Assembly (NCBI GenBank): GCA_009103225.1
Contig: RHPI01000984.1
Coordinates: 1-64,000 of the forward strand
Length of the DNA stretch: 64,000 bases
DNA from: Chlorokybus atmophyticus
Taxonomy: Eukaryota; Plantae; Mesostigma and Chlorokybus algae
Direction: 5' to 3'
Shown here: positions 47,036-57,665 of the stretch, in pieces
Position numbering within the stretch: the first letter of the stretch is position 1
How the letters are laid out: every line of letters starts with the position of its first letter
Program-made: the position numbers and the translations under genes
Notes under the pieces: generated by a model
Told to the model about the DNA's origin: nothing
Databases searched by the model: none
Seen by the model: the letters and a program-made list of their open reading frames with translations, nothing else

Positions 47036-50000
47036 TTACTGCAACTCCGTCTCAAAAGCTAGAATGTCATCATCATCCACCTCTGAAGCACTGCTATCGC
47101 TATCATCATCTGACTCCTCAAAAGATGCTGGGTCCCATGCGGCAAACTGCTCCTCATATTCTAGATGACTGATGAGCTCAAGCAAGCGCACGTTACTTAA
47201 AACCCAAACCAAATCGCGTGCTCGTGATGGGCGCAGCTTGTTACGCTTCTTGTTGTGAATGAAGTCGTATGTGCTCCAATTCCGCTCGCATGATGATGCC
47301 ACAGTGACTTGAGCAAGGACGCGCACCGCAACGCGTTGTAGTTCTGGTGTACTGCCTCCAAATTGAAGCCACCACTGATGCGCAGACATGTTGCTGGCGG
47401 AAGCCTTAGCTATATCACGTCCAAACAATCCATGACCACTACGATACTGCGACAGCTGGTGGGCGAGTTGCGCTTGGCTATCTGCAGTAGGCAACAACTT
47501 CTCCACAATGTTAAAGAAGCCAGACATGACATCATCGTCCTCATGCTGATCCATAAGCCGAAACTCAGGATTCAACACAAACCCAGCACACAATAAATCT
47601 GTCTTCATCATCTTCCAACGTGCATCGAAGCGGTCCAGGACTGCTTCCAGCAACGTCGTTGGTAGCACCGCAGCTTGCAGGGTCTCGCGGGCGCTGCTCA
47701 TGCGCTGGTACAGCTTGCCTACATGCACACAATGATGTCAACGTTGTGTACTTATGCATACACAATTGCAGAATGTGTAATGTACTCACCCGTGGTCGGG
47801 TGATTGCCGTCGGTCAGGCGCAGCACTTTGATTAGCGGCTCAAGAGCTGCAATAATCTGCCCAACTTGCTTCCAGAAATGTGAGGACAAAGCTATCTCTC
47901 TAGCTAACTCAGCACCTCGCGGATGTTCGCCGTGCTGTGCTGCCCATGATGACCATGCGTCGTCGACCACAGTCTTTGCCAAGTCGGCCTTCACCTCTAG
48001 AAGCCGTTGCAGCATGATGAAGGCGGAAGCGAAGCGCGTCTCACCAGGCTTGAGCAGCGTCTTTGTTGTCTTCGACCTGCACATCAACATGCAACCAAGT
48101 AAGTCAAACAAAACACTCAATTACACAAGCAGACGGGCTGCCTCAAGCTACATACAACTCACCTGAATATGGCCAGACTCTTGTGATGGTTTGAGATGAA
48201 GTTGACAAGGAACTTTCCTTTCTTGATGCTTGTTGCGAAAAAGGGCATCTTGCCGATGTCTTCAAGCAGCAAGTGTAGGACATGAGCTGCGCAAGGGCTC
48301 CAGCTCACATGCTTGTACTGCCTTGTGATGATGGCGCCAGCCGAGACACATGCACTGGCACTATCAGTGACGACTTGCACGACAGTTTCTGCACCCACCT
48401 GCACAAACAAACACATTAGGAGACGCACATGCAGCCCTAACTTACACACGCACACACATGCAGCAAAAACACACACGCACACGCATGCAGCAACAACACC
48501 AGTGCACACATGCAGCAAAATGCAGCCAGTACACACACACACATGCAGCCCTAACATACACCCACGTGCAGCAAAATGCAGCCAATGACACACCCCCATG
48601 CAGCAACATACACCCACACACGTGCAGCAAAATGCAGCCAATAGACACACACATGCAGCCCTAACATACACATACGCAGGTGCAGAAAAATGCAGCAAAA
48701 ACACACACACATGCAGCCCTAACATACACATACGCGTGCAGAAAAATGCAGCAAACACACACACACACATGCACCCCTCTCACACACATACGCGTGCAGA
48801 AAAATGCAACAAACACACACACACACATGCAGCCCTAACACACACATACGCGTGCAGAAAAATGCAGCAAACACACACACACACATGCAGCCCTAACACA
48901 CACATACGCGTGCAGAAAAATGCAGCAAAAACACACACACACATGCAGCCCTAACACACGCATACGCGTGCAGAAAAATGCAGCAAACACACACACACAC
49001 ATGCACCCCTAACACACACATACGCGTGCAGAAAAATGCAGCAAACACACACACACACATGCAGCCCTAACACACACATACGCGTGCAGAAAAATGCAGC
49101 AAACACACACACACACATGCACCCCTAACATACACATACGCGTGCAGAAAAATGCAGCAAACACACACACACACATGCACCCCTAACACACACATACGCG
49201 TGCAGAAAAATGCAGCAAACACACATACACACATGCACCCCTAACACACACATACGCGTGCAGAAAAATGCAGCACACACACACACACACACATGCACCC
49301 CTAACACACACATACGCGTGCAGGAAAATGCAGCAAACACACACACACACATGCACCCCTAACACACACATACGCGTGCAGAAAAATGCAGCAAACACAC
49401 ACACACACATGCAGCCCTAACACACGCATACGCGTGCAGAAAAATGCAGCAAAAACACACACACTAATAGCAAAAACACACGCGCATGCATTAGGACTGG
49501 ACGGATTAACTCACCAACTCAATGGCGTTGGCAATCTGCCTGGCTATGTACGCTGCCGACTTAGTTTCTCCTTCGGTGTTGACGGCGTCCAAGAACACTG
49601 CTCCATCAGGCGACACTTGCAACAAATTCCAGCAATGGCCTACTATTCACATCAGTCCATCCATCACTAGTTATTGTACAGCCAGTCTTGCGCACATTGT
49701 TCCTGAATTCTATCAGCTTGTCATCAACGTCAGTCTTCACCCTCTTAAGCAAGGTTGTGCGCAGTGCATTGTATGACGGTATTGTGTAAGAAGGTCCAAA
49801 TCTAGCAACAGCCCGCATCGCAAACTTGAACAAGGGACTGCGCACTAGAACGAAAGGCAGGCCTTGCCCATAAAACATGCGTGCTACAGCCTCATCAGTG
49901 CGCACTTTACTGGCACGGTCGAATGCCTGAATGATGCGTGGAGTTTTGGTGGTTTCAGTGGTGAGGTCAACGGTGGCACTCTGTTGATTGAAAACATCAC

Positions 50001-50277
50001 CAATGGTGCGCTTTTTCTGTGTTGCTTGCAGGACAGCAACTGAAGCTTCTTCAACCTTCAAGAAATGAGCACGCACATCTTCTGGTACGGTCATGCATGC
50101 AGCCACACCGACACCTATCTTGCCAGTCAGGTGCGCACGAATCCTCGTGACACCTCCTTGAAACTTCTTCTTGCAGTAGACACATTCGACCTTGGACTGA
50201 TTTATTGTCTTGCTGCTTGACTCGCATAACTCTTTGACATGACGCCACTCATCTGCTTGTCTCTTGCCCGAGGCCAT
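47036..50277 (-). pseudogene. hAT transposase (BED zinc finger, DUF659, hAT dimerisation domain), 4 exons, one frameshift
   Basis: Motifs are CVYCKKKFQGGVTRIRAHL (BED), ITSDGWTD, VVTDSAS, PCAAHVLHLLLEDI, ETRFAS, WWLQFG..TPELQRVAVRVL and SSCERNWSTY. A single +1 base near 49630 breaks LLNLLQVSPDG. Confidence 0.93.
48420..49480. repeat. About 56-60-bp CA-rich minisatellite filling hAT intron 1
   Basis: The unit GCA(G)CCCCTAACACACACATACGCGTGCAGAAAAATGCAGCAAACACACACACACAT repeats roughly 17 times and varies in (CA)n length. Confidence 0.93.
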
Positions 50278-51155
50278 GTCCTGCAGCAGGACCATTGCCT
50301 TGGGCAAAAGACAAGCAGCTAGCAACCGACAACCAACACACCCACACATGTGAGAGAAGGTTGCATTTGTAACAAGACACGCTAACCTGAAGCGCCTCTC
50401 ACGCCGCTGACGCCGCCCACGTCTCGCCCCTGCTCCTGCTGCCTGCCCTTGCCCTGCCGCCGCCGCCGCCAGAACAAAGCAGAGTTGCCGCCAGAACAGA
50501 CCAGAGGCCTGCTGCACGCGCGAGGGTTTCACAAAAATTTTCTAAGGCAAAAAACCCTAATAAATACGCCAAATACGCGTACCAAATACTGCTGGCTGTT
50601 GGTACGCGTATAATACGGTATCAGAAGTCCTCTGATGCCGTATCGTGCTACTATGTGTGGATGGCCCGGTGTATTCGGTCAGTGGTGATGTAGTTGAGCT
50701 GCGAGACGGGGACAAAACCAGGTGGGACGAAACGATAAACGATGTTGTGTATGCGCGTATCTTAAACACGGACAATGTGCTCAAGGGGGCATTACTTCAG
50801 GTGCTGGAGAGTGCGCTGGAGTTCGCACACAGTCTCAAGGACTCCACCGTGGTGCGGAGCAAGTTCAAATATGCGGCGATGCGGCGCATCATTCGCTGCC
50901 GGGAGGTGATCCGAAGTGGAGTGAAGCACTACGTAAGATGACCATCTGGTTTGCAGCCTCTTTGACTGGCGGACCCACCAGATGTACTTGTAGAGAGAGG
51001 TTTTACGTAGCACGAGCTAACCCTTATCATCACTAAATGTTGGCTTGCATGTGAGCGTCTCCATGCAACCCAGCTACTCCAACTGCAGTCTTGTCATGTT
51101 GTCTCATGTGTGCGCATTCGCATGCAAATACTACCCGTGCAAACGATTGTGCCAG

Positions 51156-51215
51156 CCCTAACCCTAATCCTAACCCTAACCCTAACCCTAACCCTAGCCC
51201 TAACCCTAACCCTAA
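51156..51215. repeat. Interstitial telomere-like (CCCTAA)10
   Basis: 10 hexamer units, 8 perfect (variants TCCTAA and CCCTAG), followed by degenerate units. Confidence 0.95.
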
Positions 51216-51499
51216 CTGCCTGCCCCTAGTCCTAGCCTTTACCCTTCCCCTTAACCACACCGCCAAACCTTTCACAAAGCCCACATTATGATGAAAACCA
51301 TTATGTGTACATATGCATACAGTGACCCATGCAAATGAGTGACCTGTGCAAATGCAATGGATCGTCACCTGGAACAAAAGAAAAAGCTAGTTTGAACTCC
51401 TTATACAACACGAGGAACATATACTAATTATAATATAACCTTCCAGGATGGTTAAACAGTCAACTTAAGTTGGGAAGAGAAGTGGAGTATCGTGCTGTT

Positions 51500-52560
51500 G
51501 AAGCAGACTATATTCGTGTATACACAAATTATATGCATACATGTATAGTATACACACTACTATAAATGTAGTGTAGGAGAGGAATTGCAATTGTGTATAT
51601 TAGTGCAGAAGTGTACTACACATGTAACTATAGCGGTACACCATATGCATAGTTTAAGTAGGATTATATATATATTAGCCATGTACGTGTGTATATTGCA
51701 ATATAGCCACACAGGGTAGTGGGGTGTCGAAGTGTAGTAGAGTGTTGTGGAAGTGGCACTACAGCAGTAGTGTAGTACCTGATAGGTGCAACTAAAGTAG
51801 TATACGATTGTGCAAGCATGAACTACTAATAGCCATATATATGTACTACACGTAAGTTTATAAGAATGTACACGTGCACCTATATGCACAATATGTACAT
51901 ACAATTGTAGTGGAGTGTTGAAGTGAAGTAGAGTGTTGTAGAGATGGCACTATAGCATTGGTGTAGTGGACTTCAATATAGGTACTTATAGCATACAATG
52001 TTAAGGAACGTTCACCATTGCAAGTACACTACACAAGTGTGTGTAGTACTTCAATATATAGGCATTATTTGATTAGCTGATGCTATTGCAAGCACGCGCA
52101 CAGTAGCAATGCAAGCAGCCACAAGGAGCAGGGGATATGTACTTATAACACTACAATGTAAAGGAACGTCCATACTTGTGCACAGTACAATGTCCATACT
52201 GTGTACTTGTGCACCAGTACACTATACAAGTGTGTAAAGTGTTGAAGTGTAGTAGAGTGTTGTAGAGGTGGCACAACCCTCAAAATATTAATGTTGTGTA
52301 CTTTAATATATGTACTTATAACACTACAATGCAAAGGAACGTTCACAATTGTGCATAGATCTCTACAGTGTGTATGTTAACATACACCCTCTTTGCACAA
52401 GTACATTATAGTGTTGTGAAGTGTTGAAGTGTAGTAGCGTGTTGTAAAAGTGGCACTATTAAAGTAGTAGAGAAGTGTACTACAAGTGCAACTGGCGTAG
52501 TATACACTATAGTAGAAGTGGGAAAGCAAGAGGGTGCAAAGTAGTGTGCTAGCAGGCCAC
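51500..52560. repeat. AT-rich region of degenerate direct repeats
   Basis: AAGTGTAGTAGAGTGTTGT..AGTGGCAC occurs near 51730, 51921, 52246 and 52428. TACTTATAACACTACAATG.AAAGGAACGT occurs near 52140 and 52313. Confidence 0.7.
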
Positions 52561-53689
52561 ACGCAAAAAATGTATTAGCCACACAGATTTGGGGCGGCCC
52601 AGAGCAGTGCTTAGACCTACCTATACACAGCCCACAACCACCAACCAAGCCCTCTAGGACAGTGACCTAGACATGCATTGCAGCAGCAGGCAGTAGACAT
52701 AGCAGGGGAGAGGGAATGTATATCAGCCGGATACCTTGTCGTTACATGGCAGTATTTAAGAGTGTACATAGCAATGCAATGTAACGTGTATGTGCCATAT
52801 ACAGTGGCAGGCAGTTGGTGGAGTCTGGAAACACACATAACCAAGTACAACACACGCATGCCTATGCACTACGCGACACACAGGCCGAAACATGCACACA
52901 GCGAACAGCACATGTACACACTGCCAGCACGTGTACAGAGCACGCTGCCAGCTTGGCAAACCTACGACTCAACCAAACAGCGTCTACTGCTGCCTCTTGC
53001 CCAAGCGAGCGATCACAATTTCCCGAGCACGCTCAGGGCTGATGCCTTCGAAGGACTGCACTAGATCGTCGACTAGAGCGTTCAGTTGGCTCTCGTGCGC
53101 TGCCAAAATGGTTGACTGCTCCTCAACATCCGCGGACTCAATGCTTGGGACTGCTGTCTCTGGGGGCCCCTTCAAAGCCAGCGGTGGGTGTGTCGGAATC
53201 TTCAGCTCTTTCTTCCTTCACCTGCACCGGTGGGTCGCCATGTTCGCTGTTCATTCCCAGCCTCTTGTTGACGCGCGGGCTCATGTGCATTGCTTTGCGG
53301 GCTCTTGCTTTGATGTCCGCTGCTTCGTGTAGTGGCGTAAAGGAGGCTGGTGGGTTGACACCTGAAGCGGCCACCCTTGCGCTCGCCCTCCGGCATGTCC
53401 ATTACATCCTCCAGCACGACCTCCAGCATCGCTAAAAAGTCACACGAATTGCCCAAGTTGTGTTGACACAGTTGCAATGGCTTGCGATTGGCAAATCGCA
53501 AGATGAGAGGACTTTCAAACAGTGCTCACCTGGCGTGTTGACCACATGCACACCAAACAGGTGCTCCAAGAGGCCTTGATGCACCAGCACTTTGTAGGAG
53601 TGGTTTTGTCGCTTGCCACACACTCGGGATTCGCCCACGTGAGTGCCCGCAGAGCGAACCGCCTCCACGGATGTCGCGGACTCAATTTG

Positions 53690-54790
53690 CTTCAATGTCA
53701 AGCACCCACAGCTGCACCCTCTACCTATCCAAGGACTGTTCTATTGATGGAGCCTAGATCTGGCCGGAGATCTACCAGTCAGTAAGAGAGGCAACCGCTA
53801 CGTGCTCGTGATAATAGAGCACGTTTCAAAGTGGATAAAGATAGTGGCGCTGCCATCGAAGAAGAGCAAGCTTGTAGCGGAGGCTTTTTTTGACGAAGTA
53901 CTGAGCAGATTTAATGCTTGTGCTGAGGTTCTCACTGACCAAGGCACGGAGTTTCGTAACCAGTTCAATGACTTGTTGGCGCAAGCCTTCATCGACCATC
54001 GGTAGACTTCCCGTGACCATCCTCAGGCCGATGGGCTTGCTGAGAGAATGGTACACGTGGTGAAGAAGGGGCTCGCAAGTACTGTCTCAACCACAACAAG
54101 AGAGACTAGGACTTGGCGTTGCCATGGTTGGTGATGGGCTATCGCATGACGCGGCAGGCTGCGTTGAGCTCATACAGCCCTTACTTTTTGTTGTACGGGA
54201 GAGAGCCCATACTGCCAATATGAATCCGTAGACAGGTTGAGCAGGAGCTTGACCTAGAGGATCCCAATGTGTGGGAGAAGGAGATGGCGAAGCGTGCAGA
54301 GCTGTTCCGGCGTGTGATGCCGATTGCACTTGGCAACTTGCAAGTGGCACAACTCCGCGACACGCTGCGCTATGCCAGGGTGAGGAGTGGCTTGTACAAG
54401 CCAAGACTGCAGAAAATTTCAGCCCGGAGACTTTGTCTACTTGCAGAGGAAGACTAAGGACACAATGGATACGAGTGCGAGCCGCACCATCCTTCGTGTG
54501 AAGAAGCTTCTCAATAACGGTGTGTTGTTGTTTGAGGGAGCTGATGCCCGAACCACCAAGGAGCACATGAAGAGCTGCGCTCCTTGCCATCTGCCAAATG
54601 TGGATAATAGTGTGGATCCGGCTCTGGCAATACTAGATGTGGGCCACCGTTGTGAGCGGTGTGGCCGAGCAGAGGGTTGGGACACCATGCTACTATGCGA
54701 CAGGTGTGTTGCCGGTTGGCACATGGAGTGCCTTCGTCCACCACTTGAGGAGATTCCTAATGAAGCATCGTACTGTCCGGCGTGTACAAG
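53690..54790 (+). pseudogene. Ty3-type integrase (rve) fused to a C-terminal PHD finger
   Basis: HPQLHPLPIQGLFY*WSLDLAG, VLTDQGTEF, HPQADGLAERM (D,D,E) and SPYFLLYGREP, then CERCGRAEGWDTMLLCDRCVAGWHMECLRPPLEEIPNEASYCPAC (C4HC3 PHD). Stops and frameshifts are present. Confidence 0.9.
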
Positions 54791-54929
54791 GACACGCATC
54801 TTTCGTATGCGTGTCTACCATGTGTCGAGAGATAGTGCGTGAGACAGCATGACATGGTCTCATGGTGTACAATAGCATGCGGACATGCATGACAAGGTGG
54901 TTTACGACGAGTTCAAGTCACGATGAGGG

Positions 54930-56518
54930 AAGGCACGACAAACTGCAAACTAGGTGTTGAAAGACGTGTTGCGACACTACACTTCACCCAGGTTTGATGA
55001 CCGGGATTTGCACCTGGCATTAGCTGAGTTTGCGGTGAACAATGCATGGCAAGAGTCACTGCATAGCACTCCGTTCTTTTTGAACTATGTTAGGCATCAT
55101 GTGACGCCTATGTCTCTGCAAGTTCAGCCGTTTAGCAAAGTGCCTTCGGCTAGAGACTTGACAGAGCAGATGCACGCTGCATTGGCTAGTGCAAAAGTCT
55201 GCCTGAGAGCAGTTTAAGATCGGCATAAGATGTATGCTGATCGGTAGCGCAGACCTAGAGAGGGTCTGAAGGTTGGGGACAAGGTCTTGTTGAGCACTAA
55301 GAACATAGGGCTCAAGACTAGTGGTGTACGTAAGCTCCTGCCCAGGTGGCTTGGGCCGTTCAGTGTCTCTGCAGCTGTGAGAACACGAGCCTTTAGGCTT
55401 GAATTGCCAAAGAGCATGCGTGTCCACAATGTGTTTCATGAGGCGCTGCTCAAACCATACAAGAATAATGGTAGAATGCAGCCACCTCCACCTCCTGTTG
55501 CGGTGGAGGGCGACCTTGAGCATGAAGTCGGAAGCCATTTATGGCAAGCGGTTCGGGAAGTTCAGTCAGGAAGGGCTTCCAAACAGAGTACCTTGTAAAG
55601 TGGCTGGGTTATGGTGAAGAGCATAACCTCTGGGAGCCAAATTCCTAAATTGGCAAACCGTACTGCTAAGTTGGAAGAGTATAAGAGTGAGCTCAAATCC
55701 ACAGGTGCCACTACAAGGAGCTTGTGCTTAGTTGCAATGTGCAACATTCTCTTATGTGACATGCCAACATGCGCGCACTATTACTTAATATCAGAGTTGG
55801 TTGTCACTCCCGTGACTTGCACATGTTCTACGCGTAGTGTGCGATGATTCAGAAGGGTTGGCCACCCTTGTTGGCATTTGTCGTGCGGGGCTTGTGCTCC
55901 ATCAGTTTGCAACGTGGAAGTTGCAATGCAAGTGGGGAGGAATGTCACGTCCAAAGCCCTGGCTTAAGTCACTCTCAATTTCTTACTTATGTGGTAAGTA
56001 AGAAGGACTAAGTGAGGATTCCGTATAGTCATGGTGAATGTAGCACCTGGCATACGTGCTCATGAAGTCAGTTCTTATGCACTTGGTGTATGAGGACCTA
56101 GCTACTACATAAGGCATTGTCTATTAGTAAGTACAGGACTGGTCAGTGTCAAGCGCAGAGTCGCTAAGGCACCAAGGGTGTTGCTTGTGTTGATGTATCC
56201 GAGGGTGGACAGAGTCAGCCTGTGCTGACAGGTCATCGCATAGGTGGTGAGCTCCTGTTGGCCTCGGACATTCTATGTGTCAGGTCGGAGAGCAGCGGGT
56301 AGTATGAAGGCATGGCTACCACCTTGTGATGGTAAGGGGGAGTTACTGGCCTTGCAAGACTACTCGTGCGTGGAGTGCCTGGCTGAAGCTGTTGAAGGGT
56401 GCTCTCCCATCTACTCCCTTGTGGGTTGTTGCTGGTAGCAAGGTGTGTGGTAAAGTACAACTGCTTGTGCAGAAGTTTGTGACCCTCTCAGCAGGTAAGT
56501 TGAGAGGTCAATGTGACA
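54930..56518 (+). mobile_element. Remnant of a second chromovirus family: integrase C-half, chromodomain, PPT and 3' LTR (55943-56518)
   Basis: LALAEFAVNNA...STPFFLNY, KLLPRWLGPF, MRVHNVFH and frameshifted EYLVKWLGYGEEHNLWEP. The PPT GTGGGGAGGAA precedes TGTCAC, and the LTR ends GTGACA. Confidence 0.85.
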
Positions 56519-56714
56519 CATGCGGACTATGTGGTTCATATGGACTTATCGCTTATCAAGCTGTGTCGTGCTTAGGTTGAACCACACGAACACGTCCTTG
56601 CCTCCTTGAATCGCTCATAATGCTACACAAGGCATTGATATGTGGTAGCACAAAGCTGATTACTGTCTACCCTGGCCATGTGAGCCTTGTATCATGATGT
56701 TACCACTGTGTAAC

Positions 56715-57016
56715 AATGATTGCCATTCATGGTGACCCTGAGACAGTTGTGAGCTGTTATTCGTATTCCACGTTAATTTGACGATGTCTGCCATTGCGTG
56801 GCTGCTACACACAGCAATACGCTGCTAATGGCATAATGTGTTGTCCTCTGTTGAACATTCCAAATAACCACCGTGTAAGAATGATTGCCATTCATGGTGA
56901 CCCTGAGACAGTTGTGAGCTGTTAATCGTAATTCACGTCAGTTTGACGATGTCTGCCATTGCGTGTCCGCTACACATAGCAGTAAGCTGCTAATGTGTAG
57001 CGGACACGCAATGGCA
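56715..57016. repeat. 165-bp tandem duplication ending in a near-perfect hairpin (56954-57016)
   Basis: AATGATTGCCATTCATGGTGACCCTGAGACAG at 56715 and 56880. The stem is TGCCATTGCGTGTCCGCTACACAT(-)AGCAG, the loop TAAG, and the complementary arm has a 1-nt bulge. Confidence 0.88.
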
Positions 57017-57200
57017 TATCGTGTCACATAGTGTCCTGTGTTGGACATTCCGAACAAGCCTAGGTTGATGTCCTGTGATGGGACAAGTCCTGTGTTGGAC
57101 TTGTTAGCATAGGAACAGTACCTTGTATCTATATTAATGTTTCCGAGATAATCTCAATAATACTCCCGAGGTGGAATTTAATGATCCCTATGTAGGGAAC

Positions 57201-57665
57201 TGTCATGTGTACAGGTTGGCGCGCAGTGACAAGGCCTTGTTGGCCTTAGACATTGTGTATCAGGTCGGAGAGCAACAAGTGAAGTATATAAGCTTGTGTA
57301 AGCTTGCAATTTGCATCATCATGTGAGGTGCCCTACGAGTACCAACTTGTGTGGGGGGTGCCTGCTTTGGAGCTGTTAGAAGGGCTCTCCCTCACATCCC
57401 TTATGGGGTGTGATGTTGTGTATGTGTGCGCCACCTTAGGTGCATGTGTGTGTCTGGGGCTGGAGCTGAGTGGAGGGGCGTTTGATCATCCTCTTCCTTT
57501 TTTGTGCGGAGCTGCTGGGCTGCTCCCGTGGTGTCTTGCCGCTGTACCAAGTGGTACTCACACAAGTTGTGTTGCTAGACTTCCTCCTAGCTGGAGTTGT
57601 AAGTCCTTTGTTTTGTGCACAAGTGTGCGGTGGCTACCAGCAAGTAAGTGAGTAGAAATGTCACA
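57201..57665 (+). repeat. Diverged LTR-like segment related to 56260-56518
   Basis: Shares GGCCT..GACATT...TCAGGTCGGAGAGCA, GAAGGG..CTCTCCC and an AGCA.GTAAGT.GAG....AATGT.ACA end with the upstream LTR. No TSD seen. Confidence 0.5.

Larger units (their letters stand above)
46813..50655 (-). mobile_element. hAT DNA transposon, 3843 bp
   Basis: Perfect 16-bp TIRs CATAGTAGCACGATAC (46813-46828) and GTATCGTGCTACTATG (50640-50655). Perfect 8-bp TSD TGTGGATG (46805-46812 and 50656-50663). AATACG/CGTATT subterminal motifs are present. Confidence 0.97.
42150..50941 (+). pseudogene. CACTA/En-Spm transposase (Transposase_21 and DUF4218-like), interrupted by a solo LTR and a hAT element
   Basis: Motifs are YYLPLKDRLQLML, EVWDG, GHWDGF, FDAFLEPLVLELEDLYANG, LDGDHPA, CPCRRC, DLVFNTMHNL and HLLEDIVSHGAHEIYWCYVYER. 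It has stops and frameshifts, and coding-like sequence resumes after 45128 and after 50663. Confidence 0.87.

Noticed and set aside
48159-49670. Long Cys/Val- or His/Thr-rich ORFs that look like metal-binding proteins
   Set aside because: They are artefacts of (CA/TG)n repeats lacking stop codons inside the hAT intron.
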